Positions 12,921-58,480 of a stretch of 64,000 nucleotides of DNA are shown here, in pieces. Numbering within the stretch: the first letter of the stretch is position 1; each line of letters starts with the position of its first letter. Source of the DNA: Octopus vulgaris (lineage: Eukaryota); contig OX597832.1 of NCBI GenBank assembly GCA_951406725.2, positions 28,520,001 through 28,584,000 on the forward strand. Direction: 5' to 3'. The notes below the pieces were generated by a model that saw only the letters and a list, made by a program, of their open reading frames with translations, was not told where the DNA came from and ran no database searches. The position numbers and the translations under genes are program-made.

Positions 12921-13149
12921 CCCCCACCCATGGACATTATTTTTAAAAACACCAACTTGGACACTGACCTGTTTAAAACTTGTAGCTATTTTCCTATAGG
13001 TCAAATGGTTTATTTGGCAGTGGGGTAGTTGTGAGGTTAATGAGGAGCAGTAATGGTCAGGTCAAGAGATCAAAACTTACTACAGTCATTGTATTATGTT
13101 CTTGAGCAAGACACATAACTCTACTTTCCCCAGTTTATTTTACTGAACA

Positions 13150-13155
13150 AATAAA
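13150..13155 (+). terminator. Probable polyadenylation signal of the AlaRS gene
   Basis: First AATAAA after the stop (about 230 nt downstream), followed by a GT/T-rich tract. Confidence 0.5.
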
Positions 13156-13562
13156 AATGCTGTGTTTCTATTCTTTACTTCACTGATGAATGGTCAGTGG
13201 CAGGAAAGGGTCACTTACAGGAAGGGGTCAACTTTGGCCTTGGACTGACCAAAGCCTTGTGATAGGGTTTCATAAAAGGAAACTGGAAGAAGCCCATGTA
13301 ATTCCTAATAGAGATCCCAGTTTAATTCCTTCTTCAGGTCTTTGGGTGCCTTTAGCGGGGTCCAGCCTGTTGCTGACATTCAGGATTGATCCCTGGTGCC
13401 TCTCCTCCCCTCCCACGCTCTTTCTGCAGATTTTTAACCTGTGTTTGAAACTTCACTTCAGTCTCACCTGTGCAGGTGTGTCCTGGAATGTTATAAACAT
13501 TACTTTACCACCTCTCACTAGCCTACAATATATATATATATATATGTGTGTGTATGTGTATG

Positions 13563-13619
<57 letters not shown>

Positions 13620-13728
13620 GTATGTGTATATATATATATATATGTGTATGTGTATATATATATATGTGTGTGTGTGTGTATGTATATATATATGTGTGTG
13701 TGTATGTATGTATATATGTGTGTGTGTA

Positions 13729-13781
<53 letters not shown>

Positions 13782-14223
13782 ATATATATATATGTGTGTG
13801 TGTGTGTATGTGTATATATATATATGTGTGTGTGTGTATGTATATATATATGTGTGTGTGTATGTATATATATATATATGTGTGTGTATGTGTGTATATA
13901 TATATATGTGTGTGTGTATAGAGATACACATATATACACATACACACTCACCCTCAGCCCCCTACATACATGCATATACACATTGCACACATACATAAGT
14001 ATACACATACAAACATATACAAGGTTCCATGAATACATTACATATATACATACATATATATATACACATATACATACGAAGGAAAAAAGAATTTGACTTT
14101 TTTTTAAAAAAAGCTTTTCGTTAAAGAAAACATGTTTCTCAGTTTATTTTTTCTCATAAAACTGGTTTTTTGTCTTTAAATGAATAAATAAATGCAACTT
14201 ACCTGGAGAGGCTGTGAATGTGT

Positions 14224-14229
<6 letters not shown>

Positions 14230-14260
<31 letters not shown>

Positions 14261-14810
14261 CCTCTATGTGTGTATGTAAGCATGTGTATGTGAGTGTGTG
14301 TGTGTGCAAGTGGTAGTATGTGTGAGTGTAAACCTCTGTATGTGTGTATGTAAGCATGTGTGTGTGTGTATGTGTACAAGTGGTAGTATGTGTGAGTGTA
14401 AACCTCTGTATATGTGTATGTAAGCATGTGCGTGTGTGTATGTGTACAAGTGGTAGTATGTGTGAGTGTAAACCTCTGTATGTGTGTATGTAAGCATGTG
14501 TGTGTATGAATATGTGTACAAGTGGTAGTATGTGTGAGTGTAAACCTCTGTATATGTGTATGTAAGCATGTGCGTGTGTGTATGTGTACAAGTGGTAGTA
14601 TGTGTGAGTGTAAACCTCTGTATGTGTATAAGTAAGCATGTGTGTGTGAGTGTGTGTGCAAGTGGTAGTATGTGTGAGTGTAAATCTCTGTATGTGAGTA
14701 TGTAAGCATGTGTGTGTATGAGAAAGGTGTATAAGTGGTAGTGTGTGTGAGTGTAAACCTCTGTATGTGTGTATGTGTGTGAGTGTAAACTTCTATATGT
14801 GTGTATATAA
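14230..14810. repeat. About 70-bp minisatellite between the convergent genes
   Basis: aagtggtagtatgtgtgagtgtaaacctctgta unit at 14308, 14378, 14448, 14520, 14590, 14660 and 14733. Confidence 0.9.
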
Positions 14811-17382
14811 ACATGTGTGGGTATGTGTGTGTGTGTGTGTGTAGTTCTCCGTCCTCTCTCTGTTATAGTTTTTGAAAGAAAAAACTCAAAATATTTCCAG
14901 AAATATGAAAATATTACACTTTATACAACCTGGAGTAATTGATTGATATTGATAAGTAAATGACACTGATTAAAGGTGTTACCTACAGATCTATTTAATT
15001 AAAGGTGTTATATTATACAGTACTGTATATCTATATATCTAAACCTACTAATCTATTTAAATATATTACCTGCACTATTATGCAATTAATAGTACTACCA
15101 TTTAATTAAAGATATTACATATCTTGTTGTGTGTTGGGGGGTGAGGTGGGGTCATTGCACCAATAATAATAAACACACACATTGTTTCAATATCACTTGT
15201 TTATTGCTGACCAACTGCTTAAATATCTAACCAAATAATTAATTGTTTGTTTAATATGTCGGTTAAACGGCGGTGAGCTGGCAGAATCGTTAGCGCACCG
15301 GGCGAAATGCTTAGCGGTATTTCGTTTGCCGCTACATTCTAAGTCCAAATTCCACCGAGGTTGACTTTACCTTTCATTCTTTCGGGGGGTCGATTAAATA
15401 AGTACCAGTTATGCACTGGGGCCGATGTAATCGACTTAACCCCTTTGTCTGTCCTTGTTTGTCCCCTCTGCGTTTAGCCCCTTGTGGGCAGTAAAGAAAT
15501 AAATATGGTTAAACATTTAATCCGTTGTTTGTTTGTCAAAGTGCTTTCATCACTATGCACAACTTTCTCAGTGACTTGTCCTCTCTACACAAGGTCTCTT
15601 ACCTGTGATACTACGTTATTAAAGGTGATAGGCACAGGTAAACATCAGGTGTCTAAGGGGTCTATGAAACATTACAGCTTCAGATTTTTCTACTGAAGTG
15701 AAATAAAAGGTTTTAAAGTTTAAATAATTGTTGAGTTAATGTCAACATGTATAGTAGGAAACTTTGGGTACCACATGATGTAACATTGTCACCATGTGGC
15801 TCTTGGGTTCCTTTAATGAAGTCTACTCTTATAGGCATTGAGGTCAGATGTCCATTCTGAGGACAGCTTCCTCCCTTAACCTATGCTGGAGAGCTATAAA
15901 AGCCCATGGGTACTGTCTATCCTCTTAAACCATTAAAGAAGCAATTTACTGACCCCATTAAAGAAGCTAATAATTATGTGATAAAAGGGAAACTATATTT
16001 GTTAATGACTAATTAATTAATGAAAGAACAGACCAAAGTTAGTCTAATTCCTGTTGAGGAATTTATTTGAAATCTTTTGTAGAATCGTTGGGGAATTCTA
16101 AATTAAGGCCACAGTTATCATTACTGACATTTGGTGGTGTAACAACTTAAAATACATTTGGTGCCGACCATAAAATGAAAATAAACTTTCCAGTTGTTAA
16201 TTCTAAGATGTAACTACCCTCCCTATTTCATGGTAAAAGATGCATCAGAATATTAGATGCACCCAATTTCGGCTGTGCATTCCGTATTTCCTGAATTTTT
16301 CTGACCAAAATTTAAAACTAAATATGATTGGTCAACTTGAATGCCAAGATGACTTTAGAGGATCAAAAATTCCATGTGAAATGCAACAGGGATTGGAAAG
16401 ATGGTGATGATATTTGAATGGTTACACTACATACTACGTCGACATGTATGCTGGAAAATATGTTATTCAGGAGAAAAAGTTTTTCTGTGCATAAAATGCA
16501 TGTAATCCAGACCCAAACTTCACATCTACGTTGCAGGATGATTTTTGTGACATTTTCTGTAGAATTGTTTGTGTTATATGCCATCAAACATGGTATACAT
16601 GATATCTTAGGCAAAAGCAGAAATTATAACATGACAATAGGTTTGGAATCGGTAAGTTAATGACATCCTGGTTTTGAGATTTCTCTGTAAATAAAACATT
16701 TAATCAACATTTGCAAAGAGAAGCAACAAATATTTTGGCAAAGATAAATTCTAGTAAATTAATATTTAGCAATTATATTCAACAAAAAATTAATTCACTT
16801 CCAAGTTATTCCAAATTATTTAAACAAATCAAACATTGGTAATGATGGAACTCTTGGTCTTAATGTCTGATATCAATGGAATTCTGTTCTTTGAATATTT
16901 TCACCTTTTTTTTTATTTTTCTGTTTTTGTTATTTATTTATTTATTGTTTTATTTGCTCTTTCATGCAAAGATGGAAATGGTTTATTCATATTTCTCCAT
17001 TTGTTAGAGAAATTCTTTTCACAGTTGCTTGGTATTCCTACAATGAACCATTCAACCGTGAAGTACGGAGTGAAACCTGTTTTGTCAGCCAGACAAACTG
17101 AGGCAAGCAGAGTTATGCACCTTGTGCTGTATAATAGCTGTAGTTAATTCAAAACTCATTAATTAATATTGTCCAATTATGTAACCTCACAGCCATTCTA
17201 CCTCCCCTCCCCCTCCCCCCTCATTTGAATATGTTAAAAAACAAAAAAATCAAAATATAACAATATTTGTATTTGCAATTATGTTTGACATCCGTTGATC
17301 CATTTTAATTAATATGCAGTTTGAGGAGCTCACACGGATTCTTCCAGGATGCAGGGTTCATCAATGTGCACCTGGTCCCTTA

Positions 17383-47553
<30,171 letters not shown>

Positions 47554-48051
47554 TGTGGATTAGTTTGGTCTGATCACTGCCTCAGCGTTTACGTTCTGTC
47601 TTACCTCCAAGTTGTTGACCTTAAAACAAAAATAGCATATGCCAAATAAATCAGTTTATACATACATACATACATACATACATACATACATACATACATA
47701 CATACATACATACATACATACATACATACATACATGCATACATACAAGGTATATTTTTTCGATGAATGCTGAAGGTCAGGCATTACGCCTTCGTAGATGG
47801 ATGATTATCTTTTATTAGAAATGAAACCGGTATGACATAATGCATTTTGTAATAATTTCATTAATTACAATATAATAGAAATTGTACATTTTCAATTTTT
47901 ACTTTTTCATACACACACACATATGCAGTGAATGGATTTATCAGTTTATTCCTCGGGTGTCAAACATACACACGCACACATGCACATACACATACATATA
48001 AACCCGCATATACACATATGTTTACACGCATAGGAAGTGTGTATATGGCTG

Positions 48052-48133
<82 letters not shown>

Positions 48134-48485
48134 AATTGAGATAGGGGTTGTAAATGCAACCCTCCATGGGATAATATATATCCAATATACTGCTAGTGAA
48201 GTACCCAACAAAGTTAATACATAAATGTTAAGGATTGCGATGCATGTAATATATACTTATATATATATTTACTTATATTTATATTTTATATATATTCTAC
48301 TTATTATACAACATTACTCTTTTATGTACACTTTTTTATGTACATTCCTTTTATGTACACTGATTTGTTCTGCTTTTTTATGTTTAACCCTACAGTCTCT
48401 TATGTGGTGATTTAATAAAGTATGTGATTCAGTATTATCTGGTAATTGATATTTGATTTAGATGTATTTCTCCATTTTCTTATCT

Positions 48486-48540
<55 letters not shown>

Positions 48541-48627
48541 TTAGAGACAAAACCACTATTTTGCAAATCAAACAAGGAAAGACTTAATCAATACATAAAA
48601 AAATTTTAATATAAAGTAAATAAATCG

Positions 48628-48671
48628 CCACTACAATTGTTTCCTGTCTTCAAATGACATTCATCAGGTGG
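48628..48671 (-). ncRNA. Minimal hammerhead-like motif (10.1-11.1 mismatch)
   Basis: CCAC CUGAUGA aUGUC-AUUUGAA-GACAg GAA ACAAUUGU A GUGG. Confidence 0.6.
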
Positions 48672-48739
48672 ATTTCATACCTTCTATTCAATAAATCTGA
48701 TTTTTCCCTGTAAATTTGGATTTATTCCCTAATATTTAT

Positions 48740-48847
<108 letters not shown>

Positions 48848-49904
48848 ATAAAGGATGGTTCTAAAGATATGTGACATATTTCATTCAAATGTCAAACGAC
48901 ATCTGTTAATGTCAAATTGGCAATGTGACATCTTTGAAATCTGGTGAAACAGCTTTTTATATTAGTCAATGACAACGTTGTGGTTTGGTGATGGTGGTGG
49001 TAGTGATGGTGGTGATGATGATGATGATGATGATGATGATGACGATGATGGCGGCGGTGGTGGTGGTGATGGCAGTGGTGGATAATGGTAGTGATGATGA
49101 TGATGACGATGATGGTGGTGGTGGTGGTGGTGTTGATTGTGTAGGTAATGGTGGTGGTGTTAGCGTAAAAATGATGATATCTGTCCACTACGGGCTTTTC
49201 ATCCGGACAGCTAGCCTGATGATAATATACCGCCACTGGGTACAAGGAATGTCACATGTGACACATTTAGGGTACATGGGATAGTGAAACATGATGGTGT
49301 ACCATGTAGCTGTTTGAATTACAATAATGTAACTTAGTGGTGTAACACGGAACGATGTAGCACAGAATGGTGTAACATAGTGATGTAATACCGTAACATA
49401 ACATTTTCATTGTAACCTAGTGGTGTGTTACATAGAGCAATGTAACATGGAAGGGGCAGCACAGCAGTGTAACATGGTCGTGTAACGTTGTATCATGGAA
49501 TTATATAAGATGGTGGTGGAGTAACATGGAGCAGTGCAACGTGGTGGTGTGGTTTGGTGTGGTGTGTGACTGTGTAACGGTGTAACGTAGCGGCGGTGTG
49601 ACGTGGTGGAGATGTGACGTGGGGGTGATGTAACGTGGCGGAGGTGTGATGTGGATGTTGACAGAATCTATATTCGATTGATGAACCAATAAATTGTAAG
49701 AATTTGAGAGAATCTACGTTATTTCGAACTTTTGGTTTTACACTCAACTTTAAACTTTTGAATTTTGTTCTTTCAAATACGTTGCACATATTAAATTGGG
49801 CCGTATGGAAAAGGTTTTGAGTTCGATTTTAAGTGTCTTCTATTACTACACAGAGAATCAGCACAAGTCTTTTGGTTTTACAATATTTCATTTAGCACAG
49901 GACC

Positions 49905-50300
49905 AGGCGGCGAGCTTGCTGAAACGTTAGCACGCCGGGCGAAATGCTCAGCGGTATTTCGTCTGCCGCTACGTTCTGAGTTCAAATTCCACCGAGGTCG
50001 ACTTTGCCTTTCATCCTTTCGGGGTCGATTAAATGAGTACCAGTTGCGCACTGGGGTCGATATAATCGACTTAATCCGTTTGTCTGTCCTTGTTTGTCCT
50101 CTCTGTGCTTAGCCCCTTGTGGGTAGTAAAGAAATAGGTATTTCGTATGTCTTTACGTTCTGAATTCAAATTCCGCCGAGGTCGACTTTGCCTTTCATCC
50201 TTTCGGGGGTCGATAAATTAAGTACCAGATGCGTACGGAGGTCGAGCCAATCGACTGGCCCCCTCCCCCGAAATTTCAGGCCTTGTGCTTATAATAGAAA
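49905..50300 (+). mobile_element. tRNA-derived SINE family A (other copies about 5935-6060, 6308-6490, 8135-8330, 15270-15505, 37755-37950, 38055-38260, 51708-51890, 60990-61200; 5665-5780 on -)
   Basis: Repeated ggcggcgagctggcagaa..cgttagca..gagttcaaattcc (A/B boxes) followed by gactttgcctttcatcctttcggggtcgat. Confidence 0.85.
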
Positions 50301-50874
50301 GGATTTAGCACAGGACCATATAGTGTGCGTGTGTGTCAGTGAGTGTATGAAAAACGTGGCCAGCGGGTTCGATCGGACGATCCGCTTTTAGTTCTGCTCA
50401 ATGATACTATAGTGGTGTGGGACAGCAAACCCAAAGATTGCTCAGAGCGGCACACACTGTAGCCATGGTACTGGTACGTGTGTATGTATGTGTGTGATGG
50501 TGGTGGGGTGTATAATCGATGTTATTGATCCTATACTTTACTGGTATTTCATTTTATCGCCCTTAGAACGATGAAAGGTAAATTCCACAACAGAAATTTG
50601 AACTTAAAATGTAAAGATATGTGACTAAATATCGCAAAGCATTTTGTTCGACGCTCTAAAAGTTGTACCAATCTATCTCAGAATTATTACTAAATATAAC
50701 TTTTACTTCCGAACCAAATGGTTCCGAGTTCAGTCTCGGTGTGTAGAATCTTGAGTATAAGTCTTCTACTATAACCTTGGGCTGACTAAAGCCTTCTGGG
50801 TGAATTTGGTAAACAGAAACCGAAAGAAGTCTGACGTTTTGTATGTGTGTGTGTGTGTGTGTGTGTTGAGATAG

Positions 50875-50912
<38 letters not shown>

Positions 50913-51407
50913 TTGTATGTATACACTTACAAACACACGCACACACACATGTATATGTATGTATATATATGTATATCTGTTCGTATGTGTCTTTGTGTAT
51001 GTGTTTGTCGCCTATCCCGCTAGACAACCAGCGTTGGTTTGTTTACGTCCCCGTCACTTAGCGGTTCGGCAAAAGAAACCCGTAGAATTAGTACCGGTCT
51101 TCAAAAAAAAAAAAAAAAAGGACTGTGGTCGATTTGTTTGATAAAACTCTTCAAAGAGGTGCCCCAGTATGGCCGCAAGCCAGTAACTGAAACAAGTAAA
51201 AGAAAAAAAATTGAAGAAATGTCTTGTATTTTTTAAACGCAATTTCCCGCGTGTATCAATGGCCGAGAGTTGAAGACCTGTGAAATTCTCAAGGACTGCT
51301 GTCTTTATTAGACACAAATCAGTGAAATAAACCCTCAGCCGAGTCAAATCCGCCGTTAACGTGGGGGCTTTATGCCAATTTTTCCCTTAGCCTCGCTTTC
51401 AAATAAA

Positions 51408-51468
<61 letters not shown>

Positions 51469-51631
51469 GTTGTTATTATTATGTTTGACTTTTGCTTTAC
51501 ATTTGCACAACCTGGCTCCAAGTCTCACCCAGAGACCTTAAGAGACAACAAGTTGGAAGTTCGTGTTGGTGTTATGCCTAGGGTACCATATATTTGGTTT
51601 TGTACTTAGTGTTGTACTAGTGAATGCCTAG

Positions 51632-51706
<75 letters not shown>

Positions 51707-51954
51707 AGGCGGCGAGCTGGCAGAATCGTTAGCACGCTGGACGAAATGCTTAGCAGTATTTCGCCCGTCGCTCCGTACGGAGTTCAAATTCCGCCGAGGT
51801 CTACCTTGCCTTTCATCCTTTCGGGGTCGATAAAATAAGTACCAGTTGAACACTGGGGGGGGGGGGGTCGCTGTAATCGACTCATCCTCACCTCCACCAA
51901 GATGCCCTTGTGGGAAAAATCTAAAACAATAATAATGGTAATAGTAATACTTAT

Positions 51955-52425
51955 TATTTTATTGTCTTTGCACAGTTTCTAACGCTAGAGATGTACTTCG
52001 GTGTCAGCTGTTCACTACCTGTGAACTAAGGCAACACCCTTATTTTCGAGCACCATCCGGTGAATTCGAGCGGTTCCAAGTAGTGCTGTTTTCAGCAAGT
52101 GCTCCACCCTTATTGCAGCCCCTATTTATTCCAAGTACTTCTCAAGATTTTACTCAGTTTCCAGGGCTCCGACAATTATTGGTACTACTACCACTTTTTT
52201 CAGTGATCACAACTGCTTAACCTCCCAAGCTAACCTGTTATATCTATCGACTTTTCTTTCTTCCCTATCGCATACCTTGTTGTCAGCTGGACATGCTATA
52301 CCTATGATCCAGCATCGTTTGCTTTCTTTCTCAATTAAGACTATGTCTGGTTTCCTGTTCTCTATCTCAAGGTCGCACTGGATCATAAAATCCCATAGGA
52401 TCTTTGCATTATCATTTTCGAATCG
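51955..52425 (-). mobile_element. Dong/R4-clade non-LTR retrotransposon fragment (restriction-like endonuclease)
   Basis: ENDNAKILWDFMIQCDLEIENRKPDIVLIEKESKRCWIIGIACPAD...KVDRY...VVVVPIIVGAL, with an internal stop. Confidence 0.8.
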
Positions 52426-54404
52426 TCAAGGTTATGATCTGCTTGATGTTAAGTAAACTCCCTCTTGTCCATTTGCACAATAAATATTCTCGCTGTTTGA
52501 TTAAAATAAACTTCCAACTCAAACGAAATTATGGTGTGATTAATAATTTTAGAGATACGTGTATAGAAACCTCACACGGGGCGTGCCTACTGTATGTGTG
52601 TGTGTGTGTGTTCTGAATAAAAGGAACAACCTGCAAACTATAGTCCATGTGGTTGAGTATTCCATACGCCCATGTACTCTTAATGTAATTCTCTGACCGT
52701 TTCAACGTGAGACAGTGTGTAACAAGGATGACCTTCAAATCACATCCTTGGCACCCGCACAGTTTCCCTCTCAAGATTTGTGCTGATTCCATGTGTAGGA
52801 GTAGAAGACACTTAAAATCGAACTCAAAACATTTTCCATACGGTCCCATTTAATATGAGCAAGGTATATGAAAGAACAAATTTCAAAAATTTAAAGTTGA
52901 GTGTCATAGCTTCGATTTCAACTATCTTATAACATATTTTACCACTGGTATCAAATACTGTGTCACACCACACCGAACCTCCTCAGAGCTATAAATTTTT
53001 TGAACTCTCTCTTTGCTCATTTCTTCCTTACACACATCAACCACGTGGACGTCACCAATTTGCGACAGTTCTCCTCCCTTATTACCACTATTGGCAGATG
53101 ATGCTAAAGAGGGCAAGAGATACGGTCAGCTTTTGCATTATTCGTACATTCAAAGATGAAAAGATGCCATCGAATAGAGCAAGTCGGCTCAGGTGAAATT
53201 TGAACATAGAAAGACTAACTAAACACCGGAATTTTTTTTGATAGCTATGAGATCTGTCTTCACAACCTGTAGACTTTGATTTTAAATGGTATTTCACCTT
53301 CAAATATGCCCCTTGTACGTCAGTTCTTTTGGCTGATAACTCTCATTTGCAATGAGTTCTTTAAATTTGTCAGTTAAAAAGTAATTTGGAGTTTTCACTG
53401 AAAAAAGTTCCGACTGCAGTCGTGTAAAGAAATTCTCCGTGATGGAAATGAAAGGGTGTTATTGCTACGTATGTTGTAGAAGCGAATCCAGACACACAGT
53501 ATTTGGTAACGCTACACTGCTTAGGATTATGATACACAACTTTCGATGTTTGAGAAGATATAGATATCATACATTCTCCTGGAATCAATACAACTAATCA
53601 CCCGTTGATTATATATATTTATGTATAGGAACAGTCACTTTTAAAGAAAACAACACCATTGTGTAATATAATTTTTAAAAAAATTTGCATATGTAATCCA
53701 TCAAATATGCTTATGAGTAATTATAACAATAAATAAATATATAAATACATTTTAATTTGTTAATTGGTATCTAGAAAGTGAAGTTTCAATCAAAATTATT
53801 GGGATTGTTCTTGAAATTTTATGTTTAAAGATAAATATAATATAAAAGTTTCAATATGTCTGCCTGTGTCATCTGCCACGTGGATAACAGACGACACATT
53901 AATCAACCGGTTCTTCATAAATAACTGATCAAAAAAAAGAAAAAAAGGTCAGCTGACAGAATTATTAACTAGTACGGCTTTTGTCTTTATGTTTTTGTCT
54001 TGATATTAATAACTAAGGCGAAATGTCATGCAGTGCATATCTTTTATCTTGAACTTGCTAGGATTTTCTGGGTTTCAATGAATGATTTGCAGAGAATTAC
54101 AGAGAATGTAAATAATGGAAAAGAGATGCACATTTATAACAGCATAACTATGCTCTGTGTGTGTTTTCTCCTTGAAACAGAGAGCGACTGTCACAAACCA
54201 GCCAGGATATTTAGATCCCATACATGTCCATTTCTTATTTTCCTGTTCATGTAATTGAGTGACGCATGTTTCACAGAAGACACAGGAAAAACGGAAAAAG
54301 TCGTAGAGTCAGCATTGCTACTTAATAACATCATGGATAGAAATAAAATTTTCAACACGGCTCTCTCTTTCTCTCTTTCTCTCTCTCTCTCTATGTTTGT
54401 CTGG

Positions 54405-54486
<82 letters not shown>

Positions 54487-55379
54487 GTCGATCTATCATA
54501 TCTAGCTATTTATCTGTGCGCGCACGCGTCTATGTATGCATTGTTTACGCCCCCGTAACCTAGCGGTTCGACAAAAACCACCGATAGAATAGGTACCAAG
54601 CTTTAAAAAAATACAGGGGTCGATTCGTTCGACTGAAATCTCTTCAAGGCGGTGCCCCAGCATGGCCACAGTCTAATGACTGAAAGAACTAAAAGATGAA
54701 AGATATTTGTGTACGCATTTTTCTGTTCTTACTTTTTTTGTATTCTTTCTCAAATGAAAGAGCGGGTTTCTTACAGACAAATAAAAACTCAGTCAAAGAA
54801 ATTTCTTACGGGAAATTTTTTACAGGCAAATAAAAACTCGGTCACAGAAATTTCAGTCACAACAACGATAACAAATGGCGAACTTTAAGAAAATCTTGCA
54901 TATTTTTACTGTTTTTCGTTCATATTGTTTCTGTAGATTTCGTCCTGGTCGGTCCCTTTCTTATCTCGAAGACCGTAACTTTTCTACTTTGTGGCGTAGG
55001 AATTTAATAACTTAAACAAGTGCACCAAAGACATTTGGTACAAATCTGAGTTTATAATCGGTCTACAGGAGCCGCTGGTTTCGAAGCATTTATCCGTAGA
55101 CATTCTCATTTTCGTTGATTTTAGAACTGACGTTTACATCTGCAAGTAAGTTTATATCTAAGGTTGTACACGATTTTCCCTTCCTGTACCAAACAAATCA
55201 TACTTGTTACGTTGGCACTTGGCTATTTTGATACGAGTATGTATGTTATGTATGTATGTATGTATGCATGCATGCATGCATGCATGTATGCATGTATGTA
55301 TGTATGTATGTATGTATGTATGTATGTATGTATGTATGTATGTACGTACGCATATATGCGCGCGCGTATATATGTATGC

Positions 55380-55414
<35 letters not shown>

Positions 55415-55822
55415 AATAAATATATAGAGAGATATAGATATAGGTATATATGTGTGTGTGTGTGTGTATGTGTGAGTGTGTGTGTGTGAGTTTGTATATA
55501 TGCATTGTTGTGCGTATGTGTATATATGTATACATGTGTGCATATATATGTTAACATATATATATGAATGTATATATATATAGAGAGAGAGAGAGCGAGT
55601 GAGAGAAGGGGAGAGAGAAAAGGAGAGAGAGCGAAAAAGATGGATGCTTGTATGTACATACGTATGTACGTATGTATGTATGTATGTATGTATGTATATA
55701 TGTGTGTATGTATATATTTCCGTTTCAGATACGTGCATGTGTATATATATGTATGCACATATGCAGACATTCACACAGAAATTACACACTCACACGCTTG
55801 CATACACGCCCCCCCTCCGCAT

Positions 55823-55871
<49 letters not shown>

Positions 55872-56911
55872 AACATCACATCACATATGTATGACGTACT
55901 CACTCATGTATATACGCCTGTTTCCCCGACTAATCAACCAAAAGATAAATTATATGCCCAACCTCATGCGAACGCCATTCATCTCCAACTTACTCTGAAA
56001 TAATTAATTTACTTTTAATTCGATATTAATTCGATCTTATGCAAATTTAGTTGAATTCTGTGCCAGTAATTTCTATTCAGTGAAATTTAAAAGCTAAATT
56101 AACTCCGTTAATCTATTATTTATTCATTAACTCATTACAAACAACCTATATTCTTTACAAATATTTCTGAGAACTGGTCAGACGACATTTGCAGCCATCT
56201 TTCAAAACTGTTTCTTTTATGTTGATGTTTTAGGCTTGTTTTATTGCATTTTCTTCTGTTTTTTGTTGTGTTTTCATTGAAGCTCCACTTAAAATTGCTT
56301 GGTCTTCGCTTTCCCCACAAATTTCAATGAAAACCGAGAATTATCTTATTTTATTATTCTTTTCTTTTTTTCTTTCTTTTTCGTTGTGGTATTATATCAG
56401 ATTGGGTAGGGCAACACCTATGACCTTTGTAGGGTATTTGAGACTGGTGGTGGTGGTGGTGGTAGGGGTGATGGTGTTGGTGGTGTTAATGCTGGTAGTT
56501 GTCAAGGCAGTGGTGGTGGTGGCAATGGCGGTAATGATGGTGATGTTGCTGGTGAGGGCGGTGGTACTGTTGATGATGTTAGTGGGAGTGTTAATCATGG
56601 TATTTGTCAGGGCGACTGTCTCTGCATGTGTGTGTGTGAGTATGTGTGTGTGTGTGTGTAATGTATGTGTATATATTTGTATGTATATACGTGTGTGTAT
56701 GTAAGTTTATATGTATGTATGTATATATATATATTTGTATATGTGTATTTCATATATTACATACATACATTCATGCACACACACATATACATGCATTACA
56801 TACACGCATAAATACATACATACATACATACAAACATACACACATACATTACGTACATACACTTACACACACATACATATGTAAGTTTGTATGTATGTAT
56901 GTATATATGTA

Positions 56912-57125
56912 GAGATCAAAGAGGAAAAGGATCCCATCAACTTTAAACGGAGTCTGGATAGATTCCTTCGAGGAATACCAGATAAGCCACCCATAATTGG
57001 ATACAACTCACCCAACAAAAACTCACTACTTGAATGGACCATAAACAAAACTTGACTTAAACAGGATTCAGTTAGACATGGCCTGGACCAATCTTTCGTC
57101 GAAACATATCTAAGTTTATCTAAGT
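56912..57125 (+). mobile_element. CR1/Crack-type LINE 3' end
   Basis: EIKEEKDPINFKRSLDRFLRGIPDKPPIIGYNSPNKNSLLEWT*, then a short 3' UTR and repeat tail. Confidence 0.7.
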
Positions 57126-57126
57126 A

Positions 57127-57210
<84 letters not shown>

Positions 57211-57319
57211 CCGCTCGCTTAGCCAGCGGGTGGCGTCATTTGAGGCTAAAACAATGCGAAGCGCATTGTGACCAGCGATGTATAGCAACATCTGATAGCC
57301 TGGTCGGTCACGGTGATCA

Positions 57320-57383
<64 letters not shown>

Positions 57384-58480
57384 AATAAAATACATGCATG
57401 CATACAAACATATATGTACGTACCTACATCTACATGTATATATACATGCATATATAAATATATATACGTGAATACAGGACACTGCAACTAGACGTAGAAC
57501 TCAACGATAAACAAAAACGGACAAGCCATATTTTTACAACAAAAAAACAGAGACGAAACGGAAACGGGAAAAACATTTTTTACAACAGAAAAACAAGGTA
57601 CAGGACAAACCACACAGGAAAAATCCCCAGTTCATCAGCTGTCTCTAGCTAACTCAAGCGTATTTCGAAGGATAAAACAGGACACGACTCGTCAACTAGT
57701 CCTTCATTGCGAGAGAATTAAAATAAAATTGCCTCGCATAGGGGCAAAAACAGACAAGAAAAACATGTGACAAAAACAGGACGTAAAAACGATACAAATG
57801 CAAAATAAAATACAAGATAAAAATACACGTACAAGAAAATACGAAACGAGAAATAAAAAGAAAATACAATACGAGAAATCAAAAGACAAGAAAACAAACG
57901 AGAAAAACAAAACGAAAAGGCCTTTGTTTGGCTAGACGAGGATGTTGTAGTAGCAGCGCAAGGGAACACGTCCTTTCATCTTGAAAGGAGGAGGCGAAAG
58001 GAAGTGGCCAGGAGTGGCGAAGATGAGGAAGATATATATATATATATATCCGGTAGCAGGCAAAATTCGTCTATTCGCAGCAGTGAGAATGCTAGACGGG
58101 CATTTCCGTCTCTTTGAGCTTCGTCAGTATCATGTATTTACTATCACCCGGTAAGACAAAATCCGTCTTCAAACAAAAGTCAAACGAACAAGGCCACCAT
58201 TGGTCGTAAAGAAGAGCACGCACCACCACCACCACCACCACCACAACAACAATAACAACAATTACGTGAATAGGAAGAAACAACAACAAGCACAACAACA
58301 TCAATGACTAAATAATCCGACAAAGAAAGGTTTCTTTGAAAGAAAAATTTCTTCTGAGACGAAATCAAGGAAATCGTCTCAGCAGTTTTCTTTTCCTTTT
58401 TTTTTTTACGTTCGTGGGTTTATTTTGGAAGAAGAGAAATTCCTGGACAAGGAAGGGCAAGGAAACTACAATACACTTAC

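Noticed and set aside
13450-14100. Many overlapping long ORFs (YIYI/VCVC/HTHT), likewise at 29834-30550, 33758-35124 and 55158-56003
   Set aside because: Stop-free microsatellite translations.
14230-14810. Regularly spaced repeats resembling a CRISPR array
   Set aside because: The spacers are themselves repeated microsatellite sequence; eukaryotic context and no cas genes.
52920-53600. Unique-looking, coding-like stretch with short ORFs
   Set aside because: No recognisable domain, stops in all frames and no consistent splice sites; probably an old TE fragment.
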